Source of the DNA: Squalus acanthias | Lineage: Eukaryota | Length of the DNA stretch: 64,000 nt | NCBI GenBank assembly: GCA_030390025.1 | Contig: CM059432.1 | Location: 133,736,001-133,800,000 of the forward strand | Direction of reading: 5' to 3' | Shown here: one piece after another, positions 35,470-46,496 of the stretch | Position numbering within the stretch: position 1 is the first letter of the stretch | How the letters are laid out: the number at the start of each line of letters is the position of its first letter | Translations under genes and position numbers: made by a program | Notes under the pieces: model-generated | The model's database searches: none | Told to the model about the DNA's origin: nothing | What the model saw: the letters and a program-made list of their open reading frames with translations, nothing else

Positions 35470-38189
35470 ACTTACCCTCCCGGAGAAACCTGAAAAAAAA
35501 CCCCGAAGTTCACTGCATGCGCGCAGCCTCTCCCGCGCACGCGCTCGACTTCTGAACCCCTTCCTTCAGGGGAACGGAAGTTCCAGTTTCCCGCGCATGC
35601 GCAGTGCATGCAGGAAACCGGTACTTCAGGTGGCCTTACGGGTGAGTACACAGCGCGTACTCACCAGACAAGAGCCAAATTTCTGGCCCAACTGTGTTTT
35701 AGTCATTTTGATTGAGGGATAAATATTGGCCAGGGGATTACTCTCCTGCTCTTCTTCATAATAGTGACATGGGATCTTTTAGGTCCACCTGAGAGAGCAG
35801 ACAGGACCTCAGTTTAATGTCTCATTGGAAAGACCGCACGTCTGACAATGCACTGGAGTGTCAGCCTAGATTTTTGTGCTCAAGTCTCTGGAGTGGGACT
35901 TGAACCCACAACCTTCTGACTCAGAGGTGAGTGGGCTACCAACTGAGCCACGGCTGACACTCAAAGGCCCTAAATAAATGCAAGTTGTTGTTGTTTTCTT
36001 GCCCCCCCCCCCCCCCACCCCTTACGAAAAGGGCAGCTTGGGCAAATTTGGAAGGTTTCTCGAGGGAGGGGTCCCGATAGCCCCTCGCTCCGCACCCACC
36101 TCCTTTCCGGAATAGGCGGGTGAGGCCAGATTTCCCAACAACTGTTGAAAGGTGGGCACTCAAGATGTACCCCGATGGTGAAGGTGCCAACGGCCCCATG
36201 CCAACTAGGGGCGCTGCCTCTGACCCCCAAACAATCCAGCCAGGGCAGCGCTGGAGGGCACGGGGAGGTGCAATCCCAAGGTAAAAGGCAGTCTGTGTAA
36301 TCTCGGAGCTGGGATTTCCCTTAAAAACCTTGACAGAAAAAGCAAAATGTAGAAACTGTGACACAGAAAGTGAGGTTAAAGTGGGCAGGAAGTGTGCACG
36401 AGATTTTGTAATATATAAAGAGAGAGATATAAATCCATACAACATGACATACCCTGAAATTATTTAAATTTTCAACTGAGTTTCCATAAACAAAATAAGC
36501 AAAAATGACAAAATACATACACAAGATATACTAATTCTTAAAAATGGAAACATATGCACATGCATGCTTAAAAAAGCAAAATCAAAACCACCCACATAGA
36601 GTAAAGTGCAGTGGAGATGTAATGAGAAAATCAGTAAATATACTTTATAGTGACATTTTAATGTAACTACAAATCTGTACAGTCTAAGGAAACACTTTAT
36701 ATTTAAGCTGCTTTCAGCAAATAATACACATCACAAAAGCATAACAGTATTAATAAAGTAGCTACAATACTGGTAATTTAACATAATTTGTATGGGTGCA
36801 TGCTTACTATATCAGGCAGCTTCTAAAATATAGAACACATATTACACGTGCTGACTAGCAATGAATTCTAAACCTATTTTTCCTGTCGTGCAATAAATAC
36901 AGTGATAAACACTAACCCTACTTAACAGAAATTGGGCATTTTTTTTTTTAAACAGTATAAGATCATTCATTTTTAAGACAACTTAAATCTACTCAAGGCG
37001 GGCAGATGGAGTTAAGATACAGATCCACCATGATCTAATTGAATGGCGGGGCGGGCTCCAGGGGCTGAATGGCCTGCTCCTGTTCCTAGTTATGTGAAAC
37101 AATGTTCCGCAAATGCGATTAGTACATTTTGTAATGATTTCATGTTCGTGGGGAAAAACTCAGAACGACATTTTATCGGGTCTGTAATTCCAGCGCAGGC
37201 ACATTCAAGACGAATGAGATGTCACTGCAACACCTGTAGTGCTCGTTGTCCAAATCGCGCTTCCTTTGCGCACTGGGAATCTGGGATCACTGAATTTACC
37301 CTCAAACAATCCTCCAACTGAATTTTTAAACATGGCTTTTCATAAAGCAAAAAACTAGCTTATGCGGGATTTATTTTTAATGTTTCTTTTTTTTTAGACT
37401 GTGCCGCAATTACCTTCAAAATTTTGAAAGGCTTTTGAGAGGATAAACAGTGAAAGATTATTCCCGCTGGTCAGTGAATCGGTAACAAAGGGCCTAAATT
37501 TAGGATTAGTATTAAAAGCATTAAGGAGGAGGTTCGAAGAAATTTCGCTCGTACAAAGGATTATTAAAATGCAGAATATATTACATTACCACAAGTAACT
37601 ATTCAAGCTGAGTCAATCGTGGCATTTAAGGGGGAATTAGATAAACACAAAGAGGAGTAATATTAAGAGAGTACGGAGGAAGAGAGAGAAAAAGGGATTA
37701 GAGGAGACAGCTTTAATGTGCAGCAAGCACTGGCACAGGTCAATTGGCCTCCTTCAGTTCTGATGTTTCTCTATGATTCCCATGAAAAATCGTAGTGTGG
37801 GTAAGTTTTATATTTTTAAGTCAATCTCCGTATTCTACGAAATTTGAGACTCGTGTTTTGTCTAACTAAATCAGTGCAGCAGTGATTAATTAAAGATTAC
37901 CATACAATCTCTAATTATTTAAGTAAAGCACATCCAAGCACACTTCTAAAAAGCCACTTTCCTAATCAAAGTCCCACTCCAGAGACTTGAGCACAGAAAT
38001 CCAGGCTGACACTCCAGTGCAGTGCTGAGGGCGTGCTGCACGGTTGGAGGTGGCACCTTTCAGATGAGACGTTAAGCTGGGGCCCGTCTGCTCTCTCAGG
38101 TGGGTGTAAAAAATCCCACGGCACTATTTCAAAGAAGAGCAGGGGAGTTATCCCTAGTGTCCTGCCCAATATTTATCCCTCAAACCAAC

Positions 38190-38372
38190 TGTTGTAAGAA
38201 TGAGCCTTACGCGTGGTAAACTTAATGTAAGCTTTAATCAACTTAAAACGGTGCTGCATACAAAAGAGGTCTTACCCTATGCCTCTTCCAGAGCTGACTG
38301 ATCAGTCCAGTATTTATCCTGGACTGATTACAGGAAGTGATGTCATACAGGAAGCTGAAAAGTGTTACCACA
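38190..38372 (-). repeat. 3' LTR (183 bp)
   Basis: Identical by eye to 42427-42609. Confidence 0.97.
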
Positions 38373-38390
38373 TTCTCCCCCCCCAAAAGA

Positions 38391-41300
38391 TTAGGAGGCC
38401 GGAATGCTCCCTCCATTTCGTAGCCGTTGGATGAGGGAGAGCCGCACCCGTTTGGGTTCTCGTAGCGGTAGAGGGTCCCTAGCCCGTTTACCCGCTGCGG
38501 GCCATGGACCAGAGTCCGAGTGCTCCAGCCCGCTCTGTGAGGGGTCAGAACGATCCTGACCGTGTACTGGTACCCGAATGGGTGTCGGGCAGGGCTGTGG
38601 CAGATCCGTTTCTGAGCGTACGGTACAGGGTTGATCGTGGCTGCGCGTGCGAGCCCCGACGGGCTCATAGTCAGTCTGCCCCAGGTCGGCACGCTGGAGT
38701 GAGGTACCAGCCGGCGTTAGATCCCGATCATGATGAGAGGCACCTGGCAAGCCCAGAGATGTGCCTGGTACAATATCATCCCCTGGTGTCCCTCTATGTT
38801 TCGGCGGGCAGGGAGCCAGATCCCGCAATGACACGGTAGATTCCCGACCGTCAGGATACCGAATATAGGCGTAGGTAGGGTTGACGTCAGTGAGCTCAAC
38901 CTCATCTACCAGGGGGTCATTCTTAGACGCCCGGACATATCTTCGGAGTAGCACTGGTCCCGGTGTAGTCAGCCACGACGGGAGAGATGTCCCATAGGAT
39001 GAGCGACGCTGAAATCGGAAGAACCGTTCATGAGGCGTCGTATTTGTGGCGGTCGAAAGGAGGGACCGTGTGGAGTGTAATGCGTCTGGAAGTACTGCTT
39101 CCCATTGCTGGTTGGGTAGGCCCCGAGATCTCAAAGCCAGACGTACCGCATTCCAGATGATAGCGTTAAAACGCTCGACTTGCCCATTCCCAACCGGATG
39201 ATAAGGCGTCGTTTTGCTGGCAGCAATACCCCGTTCCGAGAGATAGGCCTTGAGTTCTCCCGACATAAAAGAAGGGCCCCGATCTGAATGAACATAGGAT
39301 GCCATGCCACAGAAAGCAAATACCTGTTCAAGGCAGCTGATAACCGTGGTTGTCAGCATATTGGGGCAGGGAAAGGCAAACGGAAAACGAGAATACTCAT
39401 CAACCATTGTTAATAGATAGGTGTTGCGAGTCGAAGAGGGCAACGGCCCCTTAAAATCGATGCTAAGCCTTTGCATTGGCTGGGTCGCATGTATGAGTAT
39501 ACCACCCGAGGGGCGGAAAAACCGAGGTTTCAATTCCGCACAGACTCTGCAGTCCGAGCACATCTTCTTTACATCCCCGGTAGAGAATGGGAGATTTCGG
39601 GACCGCACGAAGTGCAGCATGCGAGTAACGCCTGGATGACACAACCCATCATGGATGTCTACGAGCGTAGAGGGTGCCATGGCGGAGCAGAATGCTCGTG
39701 TGAGGGTATCCGGAGCCACATTCTCCTTGCCAGGTCGATAGTGGATGGTGTAACCAAAAGAGGCCAATTCCAGCCGCCAAAGCTGGATTTTATTATTTTT
39801 AATTTTGGTCCGTTTTCGATTATCGAGCATGAAGGCGACCGATCGCTGGTCCGTGATTAAGGTAAAGTGCTGGCGAGCCAGGAGATGACTCCACTTCCGT
39901 ACTGCCTCTATGATGGCTGTAGCTTCTTTCTCGACTGGAGGATAATGTAGCTCAGCCCCTTGAAAAGTCCTGGACAAAAATGCCACCGGACGACCTTCCT
40001 GATTCAGAGTGGCTGAGATTGCCACCTCCGAGGCATCACACTCAACCACGAAAGGAAGACTCTCATCAATGGAGTGAAGAGCCGCTTTCTCCAACTGCTT
40101 TTTCAGGAGGTTAAAGGCTGCAACAGCCGTTGTGTCTAGTGGGAATGTGCTGGCCTTCAGTAGAGGTTGGATTCGGTCCGAGAAGTTAGGAATCCATTTC
40201 GCATAGTATGCAAACAGGCCGAGGGCCCGGCGCAAGGAGGCCGGATTCTTAGGTGGCGGGAGTTCTTGGAGTGGGCGAAGCCTTTCAGGGTCAGGTTTAA
40301 TGATGCCATTGCCCACACAATAGCCAAGGATGTTGATAGTTGGTTGTGACTCAATGGATTTAGCCGCATTCAAAGTCAAATTACGGTGCTGGAGTGCATC
40401 CCAAAATCGTTGGAGATTGGCGTCATGTTCCTGCTGATTGCGACCTGCGACAGTAATATTGTCCAGATAAGGAAACGTATCCTTCAAGTCTTCCTGTTTG
40501 ACCAGGTCATCCATTGCTCGCTGGAAGACAGCCACTCCATTAGTGACCCCAAAGGGGAGGCGACGAAATTGATACAGCCGCCCATTGGCTTCAAAGGCTG
40601 TATACTGCTTGTCTGAGACCTTCAAGGGTACCTGATGATAGGCGCTTTTCAGATCATAAGTCGAGAACACCGTGTACTCAGCCAATTTATTAACCATATC
40701 ATCGATGCGCGGCAATGGGTATGCGTCCAAGTCCGTATACTGATTGATGGTCTGTGAATAGTCAATGCACAGCCGTTTCTTGTGAGGTTGTAGAGGGTTC
40801 TTAACAATAACGACCTGGGCGCGCCATGGCGACGAACAAGGCTCGATGATATTCTCTGCTAAAAGCCGAGAAATCTCAGCCGCAATAAAAGACTGGTCTT
40901 CCTGACTGAAACGGCGTGACTTTGTTATAATCGGTTTGCATCGAGGAGGGATACTGGCAAACAGTGAGGGTTCATCCAGTGAAGCTGCTGACAAGGCACA
41001 GAACGGTAATCGAGGTCGTATATTAGAAATAGTGAGTTCAGGTTTGGATCCGCCGAACTCAATGGTAAGCTTCTTATGCTGCTTTTGAAAATCCAGCCCT
41101 AAGATAAGATCACTACCTAAGTCCTTGAGCACCGAAAGCCGGGTGGAGGGATACCTGTGACCTTTAAGCATTATTTCAACTACACAGAAGCCAGAAATTC
41201 TGGTATTAAGTGATGACTGAGCCATCGCAACTGCCTGGTCCGATGGAAAAACATGTAGCTTTAACTGTGCAACAGTCTGTTCCCTAATGAAACTATCAGT

Positions 41301-42347
41301 GCTACCTGAGTCAATTAAGGCATCTAAAGTATGTCCCTTAATTGATGCTTTTGTAGCTGCATGGAATAGATTCTGAGGACAAGCAGCTGTAATTGGTGTC
41401 GTTGCACAAAGAGTGGCTGAAATTCTAGGTGTGTTTCTTCGAGAAAAAACCCGAGAGGAAGCACGATAGTTTTTAGTTGGAACATCCTGATAGGCCCTTA
41501 CTGGGGCAGTTCGGTAGGACTTAGTTTGATAAGCCCTCGTAGAGGCTCTTGATAGGCAAACCTTTACAAAATGACCCTTTTTGTTGCAATGACTGCAAAA
41601 CGCATTGCGAGCAGGGCAGAATCTCCGAGGGTGAAACTCATCCCCACAAAAAAAGCATTTCTTAGATTGCCAAGAGGCTGCCACAGTGGGGTCATCATCC
41701 TCTTCATCGGTGAAGTCATCAGATCGATCGTCAGGGATAAAGTCCTCCCTAATAGAGTTCACCTGTGGCCTCTTAAATTGCCTGACTGTAGTTAAGGCAG
41801 CAGACCGAGGTCTGGGCACTGTAAAAAGGTCTGCATTTCGTTTTGCTAGATCTAGAGAGCAAGCCAGGTCATAAGCTCTCTGCAGCTCAAGTGTCTTACT
41901 TTCCAGTAGACGCTGGCGTATAAATGGGGAGGCAAGCCCGCAGATGAACGCATCACGGATCATTTCTTCGCGGTATAGCTCAGCTGAGGCTGCCCGAAAG
42001 TTACAGTCCATACTAAGTCTGCGAAGCTCTTGGAGGAATTTATCAATGGATTCCTCCGGCCCTTGTTGGGCTGTAGCTAGTAGATGTCTAGCATAGACCT
42101 CATTCGGTGTCTTAGTATATAGTCTCTTAAGCGTCTGAATTGCCTCCTCATAACTGTCCCAGTCTTCCACATATTGAAATACATTCGGGGTGACACAGTT
42201 GATGAGTATCCGCAACTTTGAGTTATCATCAGCTTTGCAATACTCAAGAAAGTTCTCAAACGTGCGATACCAGTGTTTCCACACCTTACCGGCTGCTGGG
42301 GTGTTTGGGTCCAAGTCAAGACGCGATGGTTTAAGGATGTTTTCCAT
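38391..42347 (-). CDS. Gypsy Gag-Pol polyprotein, 1318 aa (Gag, 2 CCHC knuckles, protease, RT, RNase H, integrase)
   Basis: CFFC..H...C and CSHCNKKGHFVKVC; LIDSGS; YDLKSAYHQ, LPFG, YLDN; CDAS, EKEA, TDQ; HHCC plus IDF, SDRG, VERFN; PR-RT-RH-IN order. Confidence 0.96.
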   Translation of the reverse strand: MENILKPSRLDLDPNTPAAGKVWKHWYRTFENFLEYCKADDNSKLRILINCVTPNVFQYVEDWDSYEEAIQTLKRLYTKTPNEVYARHLLATAQQGPEESIDKFLQELRRLSMDCNFRAASAELYREEMIRDAFICGLASPFIRQRLLESKTLELQRAYDLACSLDLAKRNADLFTVPRPRSAALTTVRQFKRPQVNSIREDFIPDDRSDDFTDEEDDDPTVAASWQSKKCFFCGDEFHPRRFCPARNAFCSHCNKKGHFVKVCLSRASTRAYQTKSYRTAPVRAYQDVPTKNYRASSRVFSRRNTPRISATLCATTPITAACPQNLFHAATKASIKGHTLDALIDSGSTDSFIREQTVAQLKLHVFPSDQAVAMAQSSLNTRISGFCVVEIMLKGHRYPSTRLSVLKDLGSDLILGLDFQKQHKKLTIEFGGSKPELTISNIRPRLPFCALSAASLDEPSLFASIPPRCKPIITKSRRFSQEDQSFIAAEISRLLAENIIEPCSSPWRAQVVIVKNPLQPHKKRLCIDYSQTINQYTDLDAYPLPRIDDMVNKLAEYTVFSTYDLKSAYHQVPLKVSDKQYTAFEANGRLYQFRRLPFGVTNGVAVFQRAMDDLVKQEDLKDTFPYLDNITVAGRNQQEHDANLQRFWDALQHRNLTLNAAKSIESQPTINILGYCVGNGIIKPDPERLRPLQELPPPKNPASLRRALGLFAYYAKWIPNFSDRIQPLLKASTFPLDTTAVAAFNLLKKQLEKAALHSIDESLPFVVECDASEVAISATLNQEGRPVAFLSRTFQGAELHYPPVEKEATAIIEAVRKWSHLLARQHFTLITDQRSVAFMLDNRKRTKIKNNKIQLWRLELASFGYTIHYRPGKENVAPDTLTRAFCSAMAPSTLVDIHDGLCHPGVTRMLHFVRSRNLPFSTGDVKKMCSDCRVCAELKPRFFRPSGGILIHATQPMQRLSIDFKGPLPSSTRNTYLLTMVDEYSRFPFAFPCPNMLTTTVISCLEQVFAFCGMASYVHSDRGPSFMSGELKAYLSERGIAASKTTPYHPVGNGQVERFNAIIWNAVRLALRSRGLPNQQWEAVLPDALHSTRSLLSTATNTTPHERFFRFQRRSSYGTSLPSWLTTPGPVLLRRYVRASKNDPLVDEVELTDVNPTYAYIRYPDGRESTVSLRDLAPCPPKHRGTPGDDIVPGTSLGLPGASHHDRDLTPAGTSLQRADLGQTDYEPVGARTRSHDQPCTVRSETDLPQPCPTPIRVPVHGQDRSDPSQSGLEHSDSGPWPAAGKRARDPLPLREPKRVRLSLIQRLRNGGSIPAS

Positions 42348-42426
42348 GATGGGTGATTCCCTGGATCCTTAGCTCCGAGTTCGTCCAAAAAGTTTGAGTG
42401 CGAAGTTTTTCAAAAGTTGATTAAAT

Positions 42427-42609
42427 TGTTGTAAGAATGAGCCTTACGCGTGGTAAACTTAATGTAAGCTTTAATCAACTTAAAACGGTGCTGCATACAA
42501 AAGAGGTCTTACCCTATGCCTCTTCCAGAGCTGACTGATCAGTCCAGTATTTATCCTGGACTGATTACAGGAAGTGATGTCATACAGGAAGCTGAAAAGT
42601 GTTACCACA
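42427..42609 (-). repeat. 5' LTR (183 bp)
   Basis: Identical by eye to 38190-38372; contains TATA-like GATAAATA and ATTAAA on the sense strand. Confidence 0.97.
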
Positions 42610-43124
42610 CCAACATCACTAAAAAAAAACAGATTATCTGGTCATTATCACATTGCTGTTTGTGGGAGCTTGCGGTGCACAAATTGGCTGCCGCATTTCC
42701 TACATTACAGCAGTGACTACACTTCAAAAAGTACTTCATTGGCTGTAAAACACTTTGGGACGTCCTGAGGTCATGAAAGGCGCTATATAATTGCAAGTCT
42801 TTCATTCCTTTTTCTTTCAAAGCATTGTAACCAATGTATCAGAATAGTAAATTAAAAAAGCCTACACTTAACGAAGTCCTTGACAAGTTAATATATTACA
42901 ACACATCTATGCGTGTTCTCCCACTGAAGACAATGGGGTGAGTGACGGCAGCATTGTTTCACACTCCTGTTACTTTCAATAGGAGAAACAGAAACTTATG
43001 CTGCCAGCTAATCCACTAGACTAAAAGGTGAATAGATTAAAATGTTGGTTATTTTAATAATTATTTTTAAACACGAATTATGAGGTTCTATCTGAAAACA
43101 TTGTATTCCATTAAAAGAAATCTG

Positions 43125-43848
43125 GGGGGAGAAATTGGGTACCTTTGTGCCTCCTGTTATCGCCTCCCGGGGGTCGATAACGGGGCGCTAACCTCTTACC
43201 GCCCAGGTGCGGCGAGAATATTGCCTCCCGCTAAATTCGGCGGGAGGTTTGCGGCGACGGTATGGCATTGAGCCCCGATCTCCTTCACCCGGAGATCACC
43301 CCGGTTGCGCCCCAGACCTGAACTTCGGTTCCGCCCCCTGCAGCATCGCCGGGCGACAACACCGGCAGCTGCAGGAGGCGTTGATCGGGAGGCCGGGCGC
43401 TTCCTGGCCGAAAGTTAAAGGGGAGGTTGCCGAGGTAAATCCCTAAATGTTTTTAATGGTTTTGGTCAATTTTATTTCCTTCTCCTGGGCTGCGATCGAT
43501 CAGCCCGGCACTCTGCTGGAGTGCATGGGGCTGATCGAGCTGATTGCGGCCGCCATTGGGGACGAGCTAACTGGTCCCAATGCAGAGCCTGCAGCGATGG
43601 CCCTTCCCTTTAAGGGAGGGAAGGAGCCTCGGAACGCCGTAGCGCTGCACGGGACATTGTGCAGCGCTGCACAACAAACACCTGCGTCCTTTAGCGCTCC
43701 AGGAAGGAAGTGGAGCGCTTGATTAGCTTCCTTCCTGGAGCGCTAAACCCAATTTCGTGAAAGCTGGGAATCATTAGCACCTGGCGCTAAGTTTCCCAGC
43801 TTTCAAAGGTTACCGCCCCCAAACGGGACGATAATGAATTTCTCCCCC
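43125..43848. mobile_element. GC-rich Harbinger-type MITE (724 bp)
   Basis: TIR GGGGGAGAAATT / AATTTCTCCCCC, TSD CTG; several perfect internal hairpins. Confidence 0.85.
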
Positions 43849-43964
43849 CTGGATTTTGTACAAGAATGATTTTCTCTTTATTTTTTTCTCACCTTCCCTC
43901 CTTTCCAGAAGGTGTTGCCTCCTCGCCAGGATATAATTCCACATGCACCAATGTCCAAGACTAT

Positions 43965-45697
43965 TAATATACAATCTATATTAATGACCTAGATGAAGGG
44001 ACAGAGTATAATGTATTCAAGTTTGCGGATGATACAAAGCTAGGTGGAACAGTAAGCTGTGAGGAGAACACAAAGGGGGCGATTTTGCCGGCGCTCAAGG
44101 GTCGGGTTTGGAGGCGGGACAGCTGGCAAAATCAAAAAGATTGGCAGCGTGTCCCGAACCCACTTCCAACCCGCCTCCAATCAATCTTCCCGGGAGTCGG
44201 GACCCCGATTTGCGCAGGTACCCGACTCCTAGCAGCGGGATGAGGATTATAGCCACTTAACTGCTTGTTAACAGGTAGTTAAGAGGCTTTTTCCAATTTT
44301 GCCAGGTCGACTGCGGGCTTCCCGACGTCCGGACAACACGCCAGGCAAGTGTGGCGTGTTGTGAGTCTACTGTAATGTTTCTTCATTGATGACAGCTGCA
44401 GAAGTGGTGTGAAGGATCCAATGGTACACTGGTGAGTTTCAGAGGTAAGGAAATGCTGGGAAAATCATTTTTAATGTATTTAGACTTTTCTGTAGGTAAT
44501 AAGGTTTGAAGTGTTTGTGTAGTCCTAGCTCATTGGGAGAACCTCTCTCACCAGTGACAGATCGCTTCTGTAACCTCACCTGCATCTGCCATCTGTTTTA
44601 TCCTAAGGAGAGAGTCTCTGGAGAGCCTGGGTTCAAGGGCTCACCTTTGTACAGTGACTGGCAGTGTTTGCAACACCTCAATGATGTCAAACACTGAAAA
44701 ATCAGCTGTCAAACAAAAATGAGCGTGTCCCCTTTAAGAAAACTGGCAGATGACGTGTCATCAACTGACGTCATCTGACACCGGCTTTCTCTTAATTGGC
44801 CAGCATGCCTGCAGGGCGAGCTTAACATGGCCAATTGATGCAAAATAGCGTCTGTGCATCGGGCATCGTTGATGGAGTATAATGTAGGGAAATGTGAGGT
44901 TATTCACTTTAGTAGGAAGAATAGAAAAACAGAATATTTTTTAAATGGTGAGAAACTTTCAAATATTGGTGTTCAGAGAGAATTGGGTGTCCTCGTGCAA
45001 GAAACACAGAAAGCTAGCATGCAGGTACAGCAAGCAATAAGGAAGGCAAATGGCATGTTGGCCTTTATTGCAAGGGGGTTAGAGTATAAGAGTAAGGAAG
45101 TCTTGCTACAATTGTACAGGGCCTTGGTGAGACCACACCTGGAGTACTGTGCACAGTTTTGGTCTCCTTATCTAAGGAAGGATATACTTGCCTTGGAGGC
45201 TGTGCAATGAAGGTTCACTAGATTGATTCCTGGGATGAGAGGGCTGTCCTACGCTGAGAGATTGTGTAGAATGGGCCTATACTCTCTGGAGTTTAGAAGA
45301 ATGAGAGGTGATCTCATTGAAACATTCAAGATTCTGAAGGGGATTGACAGGGTAGATGTTGAGAGGTTGTTTCCCCTGGCTGGAGTGTCTAGAATTAGGG
45401 GGCATAGTTTCAGGATAAGGGGTAGGCCATTTAAGACTGAGATGAGGAGGAATTTCTTCACTCAGAGGGTTGTGAATCTTTGAAATTCTCTGCCCCAGAG
45501 GGCTATGAATGCTGAGTCTTTGAGTATATTCAAGGCTGAAATAGATAGATTTTTGGACTCATGGGGAATCAAGGGATATGGGGATCGGGCGGGAAAGTGG
45601 AGTTGAGGTCAATGATCAGCCATGATCTTATTGAATGGTGGAGTAGGCTCGAGGGGCCGTATGGCCTACTCCTGCTCTTATTTATTATGTTCTTATT
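43965..45697 (+). mobile_element. CR1 3' fragment interrupted by a MITE at about 44075-44870
   Basis: FADDTKLGG at about 44020; MEYNVGKCEV...RPHLEYC; CR1 3' UTR and ttatgttc tail. Confidence 0.88.
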
Positions 45698-46496
45698 ATG
45701 CATGTCTAAGTCTTGACAGTGAGTCTTGGCAGACTGTTCACCTACAGAGAGGACATCACAACCAGCCTTTTTCCTTACCACAATGGGCTCGATTTTGTCA
45801 TTGGGGTGGGCTGGGGGCGTGTCATCCTCTTTTCGTGTTAGCCACCCGACTCCAATTGGATGTGGGAGAATTATTCGAGTTTCCCCTAATTGGGCAATTG
45901 AGTTCCAGCATGTGGGAAGCCATGACCCAATTAGTGTTTTCAGTCTGAAAGTCGCCTCTGATGATGTCATCATTGCTGCTGCATTTAAGGTCTGCAAAGA
46001 CTGGGAAGCTTTTGGCCTTTGCTGTGAGAGGGACCTGGAGGCAAAATGAGCAGCAGGAGACCTAAGTCTGCTCCCAGAATGTTTTTGTACCACCACCACT
46101 ACTCCAGGCTCCAAAGTTCCACAACAATGGTTATCACTGCTAAAAGTTCCCCCGGAATGATGATTGATCAAATCTCCTTCTTAATGGTGGACCTGCAGCT
46201 GATAGTCAGCAATCCAAGTGTGCTACCGCCAGGTTTCACCGTCGTGTTTCAGAGGAGGCGTGCATCACGTCGGAAAAGTGTTAAAGTCAGAAGGGCCTCT
46301 CAAAATAGGATTATAGAGGCAATTAAGTGGTTGTTAAGGGTCTTGAGGGCCTATCCCGCCTCTTGGAGGCGGGACGGAGACAGGAACAGAAACCACGCAT
46401 TTGGGAAAATTGCTCGGAGGCGGAGTCGGGCCGGCCCGCCAATTTTTGCAATTTTAACACCCCACACGCCTCCATGGACCTGGCAAAATAGAACCC

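Larger units (their letters stand above)
31719..35689. mobile_element. MITE family A interrupted by CR1 (31719-32186 and 35470-35689)
   Basis: TIR GGGCCAGAAATT / AATTTCTGGCCC; flanks AAT/AAC; homologous to 3151-3914. Confidence 0.82.
31562..35960 (-). mobile_element. Deu-SINE split by MITE plus CR1 (31562-31718 and 35690-35960)
   Basis: Tail half left of the MITE; head half with tRNA boxes right of it. Confidence 0.8.
38190..42609 (-). mobile_element. Full-length young Ty3/Gypsy LTR retrotransposon
   Basis: Two identical 183-bp TG...CA LTRs (38190-38372, 42427-42609), 5-bp TSD CCAAC (38185-38189, 42610-42614), polypurine tract GGGGGGGGAGAA next to the 3' LTR, single gag-pol ORF; inserted into a Deu-SINE. 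Confidence 0.97.
37967..42815 (+). mobile_element. Deu-SINE split by the Gypsy element (37967-38189 and 42610-42815)
   Basis: SINE sequence is continuous across the CCAAC TSD. Confidence 0.85.

Noticed and set aside
35936..36445. 169-aa minus-strand ORF as an extra host exon
   Set aside because: No homology recognised, runs into a SINE/L2 tail, and is not needed for frame continuity between exons C and D
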